Source of the DNA: Laetmonice hystrix
Lineage: Eukaryota
Direction: 5' to 3'
DNA length: 64,000 nucleotides
Assembly: GCA_965235115.1 (NCBI GenBank)
Contig: OZ249436.1
Coordinates: 2,110,001 to 2,174,000 of the forward strand
A model generated the notes under the pieces. That model had not been told where the DNA came from and ran no database searches. It saw only the letters and a list, made by a program, of their open reading frames with translations. Below, piece by piece: positions 38,721-50,600 of this stretch (position 1 is its first letter; each line of letters opens with the position of its first letter). A program made the position numbers and the translations under genes.

Positions 38721-38997
38721 GTAAGTACACGTACACGTTGTTCTCACGCCAGGGGGCGCCACTTGTTCTTATCTCACTCAATCACAAACACCTCATCAAT
38801 TCATATAGTCATGCCGTACTACATATCGGGTGGGCATTAAAAAAGTCACGTTAAATATTTCAAAAACCCCATGTGTCACCTTTATTTAAAGAATAATTTA
38901 TTTGATAAGTTTATCTGATCGATCTAGTTTCAGTAGTTTCAAGGGTTCGGGAACCTCCTATAAACCATTTTCACGGTCTGTAGGTGGACCGCATGTT

Positions 38998-39766
38998 CTC
39001 TCCTTCGAAGAAGAGAGAAGTCTGTTGGTCTGTCCTTGTTCAAGAAGAGAGTTTTCACCCAGGCAGCGTGCCGAGTAGTGGGCTGAGATAGATAAGTTCC
39101 TAGATTATTAGCCAATAACAGACCGTTAAGGTTAGGTTTAGGGTTAGTCTCGATAAGTTCCTGGCTATTAGCCAATAACAGACCGTTAAGGTTTAGGGTT
39201 AGTCTCGATAAGTTCCTAGATTATTAGCCAATAACAGACCGTTAAGGTTAGGGTTAGTCTCGATAAGTTCCTAGATTATTAGCCAATAACAGACCGTTAA
39301 GGTTAGGTTTAGGGTTAGTCTCAATAAGTTCCTGGCTATTAGCCAATAACAGACCGTTAAGGTTAGGTTTAGGGTTAGTCTCGATAAGTTCCTAGATTAT
39401 TAGCCAATAACAGACCGTTAAGGTTAGGTTTAGGGTTAGTCTCAATAAGTTCCTGGCTATTAGCCAATAACAGACCGTTAAGGTTAGGTTTAGGGTTAGT
39501 CCCGATAAGTTCCTAGATTATTAGCCAATAACAGACCGTTAAGGTTAGGTTTAGGGTTAGTCTCGATAAGTTCCTAGATTATTAGCCAATAACAGACAGT
39601 TACGGTTAGGTTTAGGGTTAGTCTCGATAAGTTCCTAGATTATTAGCCAATAACAGACCGTTAAGGTTAGGTTTAGGGTTAGTCTCAATTTGAAGAAGGA
39701 CTTCTCTACCCATTGCTCCCATCACTAGGCACGTTGGGTGATTTCTCTCTTCTTGAAGAAGGAGAG
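38998..39766. mobile_element. MITE-like element enclosing a ~60-bp GGTTAG-containing tandem array (39093-39688, ~10 copies)
   Basis: Inverted ends ctctccttcgaagaagagagaa / ttctctcttcttgaagaaggagag, plus a second internal inverted pair gtccttgttcaa / ttgaagaaggac. Confidence 0.55.
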
Positions 39767-39904
39767 TAGGCTTGTAGGCTTGAGGCGAAGCCGAGAGCTT
39801 CTACATGGCATGAAGCACAAAGGCGTGACTGACGAATTCAATACTGTCGTTAGCATAATGTTTTAGTGGCGTCGGCTTGTGCTAAATTGTAAATACCCTG
39901 CCTC

Positions 39905-40323
39905 AAACGGCAAGGGTTAGACGGCATCAGTAAAACTCTTATCCCAGTACGGTAAGGGTTAGACAGCATCTGTAAAACTCTTATCCCAGTACGGTAAGGG
40001 GTAGACGGCATCTGTAAAAATCCTACCCCAGTACGGTAAGGGTTAGACAGCATCTGTAAAATATATCCTACCGCAGTACGGTAAGGGTTAGACGGTGTCC
40101 CTACAAATCCTACCCCAGTACAGTAAGGGTTAGACGGTGTCCGTAAAAATCCTATCCCAGTACGGTAAGGGTTAGACAGTGTCTATAAAATCCTACCCCA
40201 GTATGGTAAGGGTTAGACGGTGTCCGTAAAATCCTACCGCAGTACGGTAAGGGTTAGACGATGTCCGTAAAATCCTATCCCAGTACGATAAGAGTTAAGC
40301 GGCGTCTGTGAAAATCCTACCCC
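39905..40323. repeat. ~41-bp degenerate minisatellite, ~10 copies
   Basis: Unit cccagtacggtaagggttagacggtgtccgtaaaatccta. Confidence 0.9.
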
Positions 40324-40611
40324 ATTTTTAAACTAGAAAACTCAAGAAAAGCTACAGAGTGCATTGCAATGCTGAAGGAAAACTAGTTATCTGTAATGAC
40401 CAGTCTGTAAATCTGAACAACCAATCATGACTAGATAAAGATCACCCAAGTATTTTGTATTCTTTGTGTAATTTGTTCGCACCCTAATCCCATATGGTTT
40501 TAATTTCTCACTTCTTGCCTTGATGTGCTAAGGTGAGATTTGTTACACTTGGTGTGATGTAGCAGCAGGTAGAACTTAGAGTGTGAAACTTCTCCCCTAC
40601 TTCATTTAGTT

Positions 40612-41825
40612 ATACCCTCCCCCTCTCCAAACGTACATTCTACCCTCCCCCTCTCCAAACGTACATTCTACCCCCTCTCCAAACGTACGTTCTACCCTCC
40701 ACCTCTCCAAACGTACATTCTACCCTGCCCCTCTCCAAACGTACATTCTACCTTCCCCCTCTCCAAACGTACATTCTACCCTGCCCCTCTCCAAACGTAC
40801 ATTCTACCTTCCCCCTCTCCAAACGTACATTCTACCTTCCCCCTCTCCAAACGTACATTCTACCTTCCCCCTCTCCAAACGTACATTCTACCCTCCCCCT
40901 CTCCAAACGTACATTCTACCCTCCACCTCTCCAAACGTACATTCTACCCTCCCCCTCTCCAAACGTACGTTCTACCCTCCACCTCTCCAAACGTACATTC
41001 TACCCTCCCCTCTCCAAACGTACATTCTACCCTCCACCTCTCCAAACGTACATTCTACCCCACGCCCTCTCCAAACCTATACATTCTACCCTACCCCTCT
41101 CCAAACGTACGTTCTACCCTCCACCTCTCCAAACGTACATTCTACCCTCCCCTCTCCAAACGTACATTCTACCCTCCACCTCTCCAAACGTACATTCTAC
41201 CCCACGCCCTCTCCAAACCTATACATTCTACCCCCCCTCTCCAAACGTACGTTCTACCCTCCACCTCTCCAAACGTACATTCTACCCTCCCCTCTCCAAA
41301 CGTACATTCTACCCTCCACCTCTCCAAACGTACATTCTACCCTCCGCCTCTCCAAACGTACATTCTACCCTCCACCTCTCCAAACGTACATTCTACCCTC
41401 CACCTCTCCAAACGTACATTCTACCCTGCCCCTCTCCAAACGTACATTCTACCTTCCCCCTCTCCAAACGTACATTCTACCTTCCCCCTCTCCAAACGTA
41501 CATTCTACCTTCCCCCTCTCCAAACGTACATTCTACCCTCCCCCTCTCCAAACGTACATTCTACCCTCCACCTCTCCAAACGTACATTCTACCCTCCACC
41601 TCTCCAAACGTACATTCTACCCTCCCCTCTCCAAACGTACATTCTACCCTCCGCCTCTCCAAACGTACATTCTACCCTCCCCTCTCCAAACGTACATTCT
41701 ACCCTCCACCTCTCCAAACGTACATTCTACCCTCCCCTCTCCAAACGTACATTCTACCCTCCACCTCTCCAAACGTACATTCTACCCTACCCCTCTCCAA
41801 ACGTACATTCTACCCTACCCCCTCA
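40612..41825. repeat. 27-28-bp pyrimidine-rich minisatellite, ~44 copies
   Basis: Unit taccctccacctctccaaacgtacattc. Confidence 0.97.
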
Positions 41826-43377
41826 ACCACATCTTACCCTTACCCTGGCACATCATACCCTTCACCCCTTAACCCTTTCCGGTCCACTTACACCCCTACG
41901 ACTTCCCAAGCAAATACCACCTCGGCTTCTTTCCATTTTTCCTTCTGTCCCTTTCCATCCTGCAACTACCCCTACCCATGCCTCCACCCAACCCCACCCC
42001 GACCGTTCTTCATCCCATCCCGTTTCCCATCCACCGTCTCCACCCCTAACCCTTCCCACCCCACCTTTCCCTTTCCAACCCCACCCCTCCACCCCTAACC
42101 CTTCCCACCCCACCTTTCCCTACGCAATACGCAATACAGACACATGGATTCCTGGCTTAACCCTTCCCATCCCGTCTTAACCTCAGTTTGTGTATGCTAA
42201 CTCCTTAGATCCCCCCCGATCTGTGTTAGAAATCTCACACAGTTTGACCGTTGGATCACTAGAGCTGAATCACCAAGCTTTAGTTTTTTAGAACCAGTGT
42301 CAGTGCATTCATGTAGTCTTGAACTTTTTCTCCCAGTCTTTTACAGCAAAATACGATCGTCATTAGCAAAAGTCGTCTACCGACAAACGTTGCCATTCTC
42401 TAGTTATGATATTTGATAATGTGTCAACACGTAGGGTCAGTTATAAAAAATAAAGAGATGAATATCTGACACCCTGATTCCTTGAACGGTTTTAATCTGA
42501 TCTCCTTTTCGGCAGAGTTAGACTGTGTCTCTCACCGTTTGAACTCCTATCCGGCAGAGTTAGACAGTGTCTCACCGTTTGAACTCCTGTCTGGCAGAGT
42601 TAGACTGTGTCTCCGCGTTTGAACTCCTATCCGGCAGAGTTAGACTGTGTCTCGCCGTTTGAACTCCTATCCGGCAGAGTTTGACAGTGTCTCACCGTTT
42701 GAACTCCTGTCTGGCAGAGTTAGACTGTGTCTCGCCGTTTGAACTCCTATCCGGCAGAGTTAGACTGTGTCTCCGCGTTTGAACTCCTATCCGGCAGAGT
42801 TAGACTGTGTCTCCGCGTTTGAACTCCTATCCGGCAGAGTTAGACTGTGTCTCTCACCGTTTGAACTCCTGTCAGGCAGAGTTAGACTGTGTCTCTCCCC
42901 GTTTGAACTCATGTCCAGCAGAGTTAGACTGTGTCTCCGCGTTTGAACTCCTGTCTGGCAGAGTTGTGTCTCTCACCGTTTGAACTCCTGTCAGGCAGAG
43001 TTAGACTGTGTCTCTCACCGTTTGAACTCCTATCCGGCAGAGTTAGACTGTGTCTCTCACCGTTTGAACTCCTATCCGGCAGAGTTAGACTGTGTCTCTC
43101 CCCGTTTGAACTCATGTCCAGCAGAGTTAGACTGTGTCTCCGCGTTTGAACTCCTATCCGGCAGAGTTAGACTGTGTCTCGCCGTTTGAACTCCTATCCG
43201 GCAGAGTTAGACTGTGTCTCCGCGTTTGAACTCCTATCCGGCAGAGTTAGACTGTGTCTCGCCGTTTGAACTCCTATCCCAGTATCCGGCAGAGTTAGAC
43301 TGTGTCTCGCCGTTTGAACTCCTATCCGGCAGAGTTAGACTGTGTCTCCCCGTTTGAACTCCTATCCGGCAGAGTAA

Positions 43378-44214
43378 AGGCCTAGACACACATGGGCGGC
43401 AAGCGGCAAGCGGCGAGCGTCAAGCGTCATTTTGAAAATGACGCTCTGAATGCTCAGTATCTATATACTAATACCGTAAGGGGGCTGCGTTGTCATCGCT
43501 CTAAAGTTACCGCTTTTCCCTTTCGAAGCATCAACGTGAAAGTACGCCAGGCATATTTATAGTATTCCCCTGTTTGTTTTGATGTGTATTAATCTTTCTT
43601 TCCTTGGCGCTGTGAGGCATTTTTTAACACATGTTTTACTACAACCGCCCGAACTGTCTGCCATTGTTGTTGTTGTTCATCGGCTATGACAACTGACCTT
43701 GGCTGGAGACCTGCGCCCCCTGGTGGCAGTCTGGCCGCACCATCTCTGGTGCGGCGGGAGAGGGCAGCAGCCACTTTTCAACATAATTCATGTCAAGCCT
43801 GTGCCACGGACTCGACCCCCGCACCCGGCCGCCCACTTTGTGAGCCCGTTGATCTGTGCTATAGTCCGAGAGACTCTGACCCTCTCCGAGGGGAAAGTTG
43901 TGTGCAGCTCTCACCATACAGCTTAGCCTCAGTTAGGGGCCGTCCATTAAGATTGTACGCAAGGGACTGGGACAGGGGGTCATTTAATTTTTTTCCATGA
44001 TTTTGTGTGTATGTACTCCATGGTCGACCCCTTTTAGCCCTTTTCGGTCCCGTGCGGCGCACGGGTTCTTGCTAGTGGTTTTCTATTACACCATTCACAT
44101 TATGGGCGGCGCGTCAAAAAACAATGCTTCCATACTGAGCATTCAGAGCGTCATTTTCAAAATGACACTTGCCGTTCGACGCTTGCCGCTTGACGCCCAT
44201 GTGTGTCTAGGCCT
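43378..44214. mobile_element. PIF/Harbinger-like MITE inserted in the ~40-bp minisatellite
   Basis: ~80-bp TIR aggcctagacacacatgggcg...atgctcagtat / atactgagcat...cgcccatgtgtgtctaggcct, flanked by taa and tta. The array resumes after it. Confidence 0.85.
43713..43727. promoter_or_regulatory. CTCF-like motif inside the MITE
   Basis: gcgccccctggtggc equals the canonical bilaterian CTCF core. Similar sites occur at 14431, 31587, 37691, 38747 and 51209. Confidence 0.55.
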
Positions 44215-45149
44215 TTAGACTGTGTCTCTCGCCGATTAAACTCCTATCCGACAGAGTTAGACTGTGTCTCGCCGATTGAACTCCTATCCGGCAGAGTTAG
44301 ACCGTGTCTCTCGCCGATTGAACTCCTATCCGACAGAGTTAGACTGTGTCTCTCGCCGATTGAACTCCTATCCGGCAGAGTTAGACTGTGTCTCGCCGAT
44401 TGAACTCCTGTCTGGCAGAGTTAAACTGTGTCTTTAACCATTAGGTCCCAGAATAAGTTAGTTGTGAGGAATTGGTCTGTCAACACACTAGCTCGTGTAA
44501 AAGTACCTACATCAACTACCAAAGTAGGTTGGGAGTAGTTCCACTGAAGAGATGTGTCATTTATTTGACGTGTTGCTAGGCGAGCAGCGTCTCCTTGACA
44601 CAACTGGCCGTTTGTCACCACTTGAGACTGTCAGCGTTCAATCGCTGTCACGCTTCGGTTACCATGACAATAGTAGTAGTTGTCTGGAGCGCCCGACCTG
44701 CCGATTCGTTGATGGTTTCAGGTTAAGAGAGCATTCTGTGTGGTCTAATCACACGAAAGGAAAACTTGTCTGCCTGCTAATTGAACACAGAGTCGGTACT
44801 GTTGAGGTGGAGAGAAGTGTAGGGCCACATTACCACTAATGGCCACAGCGGGAGTACAAGTAATTGTTCAGTGAGTTATTACAGGTAAGCAAAGCTCCTC
44901 CCGGAATGTCAGGGGACACTCATTGTCATCTGTAATACCTTACAGTCCGCCCTGATCGGTGTCTAGCTCATGTTGGCGGAGCTCCAATTACAGACTGTGT
45001 TCAGCTGACTGAATGATGCTGCTAGCTTCATGGTCATTATGGCATCCTCGTAAACCGTCATTGCATGAGAGCATTTCACATCTAATACCGGAATACAAGT
45101 CATCTAATTGAAAAAGGAAACCGCCGATATCGGCAAGAGAATACTATGT

Positions 45150-47646
45150 ATGGAGATGGAGTTCTGACTTGGTGAGTGTAGGGCGATGTGACAAAGATAC
45201 TTGGGTCCGTTATATTGATGGAGATGGAGTTCTGACTTGGTGAGTGTAGGGCGAGGTGACAAAGATACTTGGGTCCGTTATATTGATGGAGACGGAGTTC
45301 TGACTTGGTGAGTGTAGGGCGATGTGACAAAGATACTTGGGTCCGTTATATTGATGGAGATGGAGTTCTGACTTGGTGAGTGTAGGGCGATGTGACAAAG
45401 ATACTTGGGTCCGTTATATTGATGGAGACGGAGTTCTGACTTGGTGAGTGTAGGGCGATGTGACAAAGATACTTGGGTCCGTTATATTGACGGAGATGGA
45501 GTTCTGACTTGGTGAGTGTAGGGCGATGTGACAAAGATACTTGGGTCCGTTATATTGACGGAGATGGAGTTCTGACTTGGTGAGTGTAGGGCGATGTGAC
45601 AAAGATACTTGGGTCCGTTATATTGATGGAGATGGAGTTCTGACTTGGTGAGTGTAGGGCGAGGTGACAAAGATACTTGGGTCCGTTATATTGATGGAGA
45701 CGGAGTTCTGACTTGGTGAGTGTAGGGCGATGTGACAAAGATACTTGGGTCCGTTATATTGACGGAGATGGAGTTCTGACTTGGTGAGTGTAGGGCGAGG
45801 TGACAAAGATACTTGGGTCCGTTATATTGACGGAGATGGAGTTCTGACGTGGTGAGTGTAGGGCGAGGTGACAAAGATACTTGGGTCCGTTATATTGATG
45901 GAGGTGGAGTTCTGACTTGGTGAGTGTAGGGCGAGGTGACAAAGATACTTGGGTCCGTTATATTGATGGAGACGGAGTTCTGACTTGGTGAGTGTAGGGC
46001 GAGGTGACAAAGATACTTGGGTCCGTTATATTGATGGAGGTGGAGTTCTGACTTGGTGAGTGTAGGGCGAGGTGACAAAGATACTTGGGTCCGTTATATT
46101 GATGGAGATGGAGTTCTGACTTGGTGAGTGTAGGGCGAGGTGACAAAGATACTTGGGTCCGTTATATTGATGGAGACGGAGTTCGGACTTGGTGAGTGTA
46201 GGGCGAGGTGACAAAGATACTTGGGTCCGTTATATTGATGGAGATGGAGTTCTGACTTGGTGAGTGTAGGGCGAGGTGACAAAGATACTTGGGTCCGTTA
46301 TATTGACGGAGATGGAGTTCTGACGTGGTGAGTGTAGGGCGAGGTGACAAAGATACTTGGGTCCGTTATATTGATGGAGTTCTGACTTGGTGAGTGTAGG
46401 GCGAGGTGACAAAGATACTTGGGTCCGTTATATTGATGGAGGTGGAGTTCTGACTTGGTGAGTGTAGGGCGAGGTGACAAAGATACTTGGGTCCGTTATA
46501 TTGACGGAGATGGAGTTCTGACGTGGTGAGTGTAGGGCGAGGTGACAAAGATACTTGGGTCCGTTATATTGATGGAGTTCTGACTTGGTGAGTGTAGGGC
46601 GAGGTGACAAAGATACTTGGGTCCGTTATATTGATGGAGATGGAGTTCGGACTTGGTGAGCGTAGGGCGATGTGACAAAGATACTTGGGTCCGTTATATT
46701 GATGGAGACGGAGTTCTGACTTGGTGAGTGTAGGGCGATGTGACAAAGATACTTGGGTCCGTTATATTGATGGAGATGGAGTTCGGACTTGGTGAGTGTA
46801 GGGCGAGGTGACAAAGATACTTGGGTCCGTTATATTGATGGAGACGGAGTTCTGACTTGGTGAGTGTAGGGCGATGTGACAAAGATACTTGGGTCCGTTA
46901 TATTGATGGAGATGGAGTTCTGACTTGGTGAGTGTAGGGCGAGGTGACAAAGATACTTGGGTCCGTTATATTGATGGAGACGGAGTTCTGACTTGGTGAG
47001 TGTAGGGCGAGGTGACAAAGATACTTGGGTCCGTTATATTGATGGAGATGGAGTTCTGACTTGGTGAGTGTAGGGCGAGGTGACAAAGATACTTGGGTCC
47101 GTTATATTGATGGAGATGGAGTTCTGACTTGGTGAGTGTAGGGCGAGGTGACAAAGATACTTGGGTCCGTTATATTGATGGAGACGGAGTTCTGACTTGG
47201 TGAGTGTAGGGCGAGGTGACAAAGATACTTGGGTCCGTTATATTGATGGAGACGGAGTTCTGACTTGGTGAGTGTAGGGCGAGGTGACAAAGATACTTGG
47301 GTCCGTTATATTGATGGAGATGGAGTTCTGACTTGGTGAGTGTAGGGCGAGGTGACAAAGATACTTGGGTCCGTTATATTGATGGAGACGGAGTTCTGAC
47401 TTGGTGAGTGTAGGGCGAGGTGACAAAGATACTTGGGTCCGTTATATTGATGGAGATGGAGTTCTGACTTGGTGAGTGTAGGGCGAGGTGACAAAGATAC
47501 TTGGGTCCGTTATATTGATGGAGAAGGAGTTCTGACTTGGTGAGTGTAGGGCGATGTGACAAAGATACTTGGGTCCGTTATATTGATGGAGATGGAGTTC
47601 TGACTTGGTGAGTGTAGGGCGATGTGACAAAGATACTTGGGTCCGT
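45150..47646. repeat. 68-bp minisatellite, ~37 copies
   Basis: Unit gatggagatggagttctgacttggtgagtgtagggcgaggtgacaaagatacttgggtccgttatatt. Confidence 0.98.
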
Positions 47647-48548
47647 TCTAGTTGTTAGGAAGCGATCCAGAGGTCAGTATTCGCGATTAGCGGGTGGGTG
47701 TGCAGGACATGAAACTCCAAGGATGGAGTGAGCGGGTGATTCAGCCAGGGTTAAACAAGGGCAAAAAAACTCCCTAAGTATCGATTCATGAATTGATCAA
47801 ATTGTAGAACGTCATAATGGTATTGTAGTACGCCGCAATGGTAAGTGTGTAGGAGTGACCATCTCCCTGTAGCCCGGCCCCTTGCCCCCCCCCCTTCCCC
47901 CCCCCCCAGGTAGGAGTTCCGCGAGCTGGGGTATTGGGACTGTGGGGTGTATTGCGTGTGTTTGGAGATGAAACTCTACACAATGTGTTGTGGTGGTAAT
48001 GTTACTGCTGCCTTGTAGACCTGAGACCGTGTAGACCAGAGACCGTGTAGACCTGAGACCGTGTAGATCTGAGACCGTGTAGACCTGAGACTGTGTAGAT
48101 CTGAGACCGTGCAGATCTATATGACTTATGTGTTCACATTGTGTCAGTGCAGTCCATCATTAGTGCAGTTCTATTGTTGTCTTAGACATTGTTGTGAAAC
48201 GCGTTTTGTGAAACTTGTTCTGATTCCAATTGAGTAAGTACCGTATACCGTACGTTTATGTTGTGAATCCTTCAAGCATTTCTAGAATAATCTTACCTGT
48301 ATTTTAAAAAGACAGAAAAAGAAAGAAAAAGAAAGGATTCAGGAGAGATAAATTAACTGCAAAATTGAAATTACTTTTTCTTTAATGGAAAAGACGTTGT
48401 TTTTCGACCAAGCAAATGCCTTTTCTTGTCTTGCTTGAAACTCCTTTCAGCGGTGATAAGCGTGTATCCGCATTTGAACGATAATCCACGAACCCGATGG
48501 AGACGACTGTTGTGGCAGGTTTATTAGAACCGTTTTGTCTGTTTACAG

Positions 48549-48948
48549 CAGGGATGTCCGAGGACAGTGACTATACAAGTGACATCAACTATCCGCTACA
48601 ACACCAGCACAACAGCTCAGCCCACCAGTACCCGAGCGAGCACCCGTACCGGAGTCAACGGGAGGACAGCCGGGAGAGCCAGCACACTCCGGGTAGTCAG
48701 GACTACTACAGTACTCGCGAGTACTACCACGACTCGTTCGACAGGAGTGGATCGTTCGACCAGGACTACCACCATCACCCGTATGATGATGTCGATTACT
48801 ACGATCGCGGGTATGATCATCGAGAACAGGATTATTACTCAGGCTACCCGGAGAACTCGTACCAAACTGGGCGCAGTGACACAGACTTTGAACCCTTGTA
48901 CTATAACAGTAGGCCTAACTCTAGACCACAGTCTTTCCTCAAGGATAG
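48549..48948 (+). CDS. unc-13: unc-13 coding exon, acidic Tyr/His-rich linker (SGMSEDSDYTSDINYPLQHQHNSSAHQY...EPLYYNSRPNSRPQSFLKDR)
   Basis: NAGNAG acceptor tttacag|cag and donor AG|gtgagt; phase 1 to 2; open frame. SEDSDYTSD..YP and PLYYNSRP are motifs I recall from invertebrate long UNC-13 isoforms. Confidence 0.88.
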
Positions 48949-49179
48949 GTGAGTGCCACGCTTTGCACTAACTTCTGGCCTGCCCTCCACGTCCATTTCT
49001 ACCTCTCTCTACGTCTCTCTCTCTCTTTGTTCATAATCCTGGCCCGACTCTGGACACCACAAACTCACCTCCGATTGATTTCCTTAACCATCGCTCCCTC
49101 TGCAACCTTCCCTGTACCTTGGTCTACTTCCATTCTCCTAAAACAAACACCTTAAAATCACAGTAAATGTAGTCACTTA

Positions 49180-50600
49180 GGTCCTGGCCCTGAATGCTCC
49201 TGAGAAAATGCATAAAATAACAGTAACTTGTCATTGAAGTCCTGGCCCTGAATGCTCCCAAGGAAATACTTCAAATAACAGTAACTTGTCTTTGAAGTCC
49301 TGGCCCTGAATGCTCCCGAGCAAATGCTTAAAATAACAGTAACTTGTCATTGAAGTCCTGGCCCTGAATGCTCCCGAGCAAATGCTTAAAATAACAGTAA
49401 CTTGTCCCTGGCCCTGAATGCTCCCGAGGAAATACTTAAAATAACAGTAACTTGTCATTGAAGTCCTGGCCCTGAATGCTCCCGAGGAAATGCTTAAAAT
49501 AACAGTAACTTGTCATTGAAGTCCTGGCCCTGAATGCTCCCGAGGAAATACTTAAAATAACAGCAACTTGTCATTGAAGTCCTGGCCCTGAATGCTCCCG
49601 AGGAAATAGTTAAAATAACAGAAACTTGTCATTGAAGTCCTGGCCCTGAATGCTCCCGAGGATATACTTAAAATAACAGTAACTTGTCATTGAAGTCCTG
49701 GCCCTGAATGCTCCTGAGGAAATAGTTAAAATAACAGAAACTTGTCATTGAAGTCCTGGCCCTGAATGCTCCCGAGGAAATGCTTAAAATAACAGTAACT
49801 TGTCATTGAAGTCCTGGCCCTGAATGAAATACTTAAAATAACAGTAACTTGTCATTGAAGTCCTGGCCCTGAATGCTCCCGAGGAAATACTTAAAATAAC
49901 AGCAACTTGTCATTGAAGTCCTGGCCCTGAATGCTTCCGAGGAAATACTTAAAATAACCGTAACTTGTCTTTGAAGTCCTGGCCCTGAATGCTTCCGAGA
50001 AAATACTTAAAATAACAGTAACTTGTCATTGAAGTCCTGGCCCTGAATGCTCCCGAGGAAATAGTTAAAATAACAGCAACTTGTCATTGAAGTCCTGGCC
50101 CTGAATGCTTCCGAGAAAATACTTAAAATAACAGTAACTTGTCATTTGAAGTCCTGGCCCTGAATGCTCCCGAGGAAATACTTAAAATAACAGCAACTTG
50201 TCATTGAAGTCCTGGCCCTGAATGCTCCCGAGGAAATACTTAAAATAACAGTAACTTGTCATTGAAATGCTCCCGAGGAAATACTTAAAATAACAGTAAC
50301 TTGTCATTGAAGTCCTGGCCCTGAATGCTCCCGAGGAAATACTTAAAATAACAGTAACTTGTCATTGAATTCCTGGCCCTGAATGCTTCCGAGGAAATAG
50401 TTAAAATAACAGAAACTTGTCATTGAAGTCCTGGCCCTGAATGCTTCCGAGGAAATGCTTAAAATAACAGTAACTTGTCATTGAAGTCCTGGCCCTGAAT
50501 GCTCCCGAGGAAATACTTAAAATAACAGTAACTTGTCATTGAAGTCCTGGCCCTGAATGCTCCCGAGGAAATACTTAAAATAACAGTAACTTGTCATTGA
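49180..50600. repeat. 58-bp minisatellite, ~24 copies
   Basis: Unit gtcattgaagtcctggccctgaatgctcccgaggaaatacttaaaataacagtaactt. Confidence 0.97.

Larger units (their letters stand above)
42510..44432. repeat. ~40-bp minisatellite split by the Harbinger-like MITE
   Basis: Unit ggcagagttagactgtgtctcgccgtttgaactcctatcc. Confidence 0.95.

Noticed and set aside
44876..44890. ttattacag|gtaagc as a recursive splice site
   Set aside because: The pyrimidine tract is weak and a single occurrence is expected by chance. It cannot be supported without nascent RNA data.
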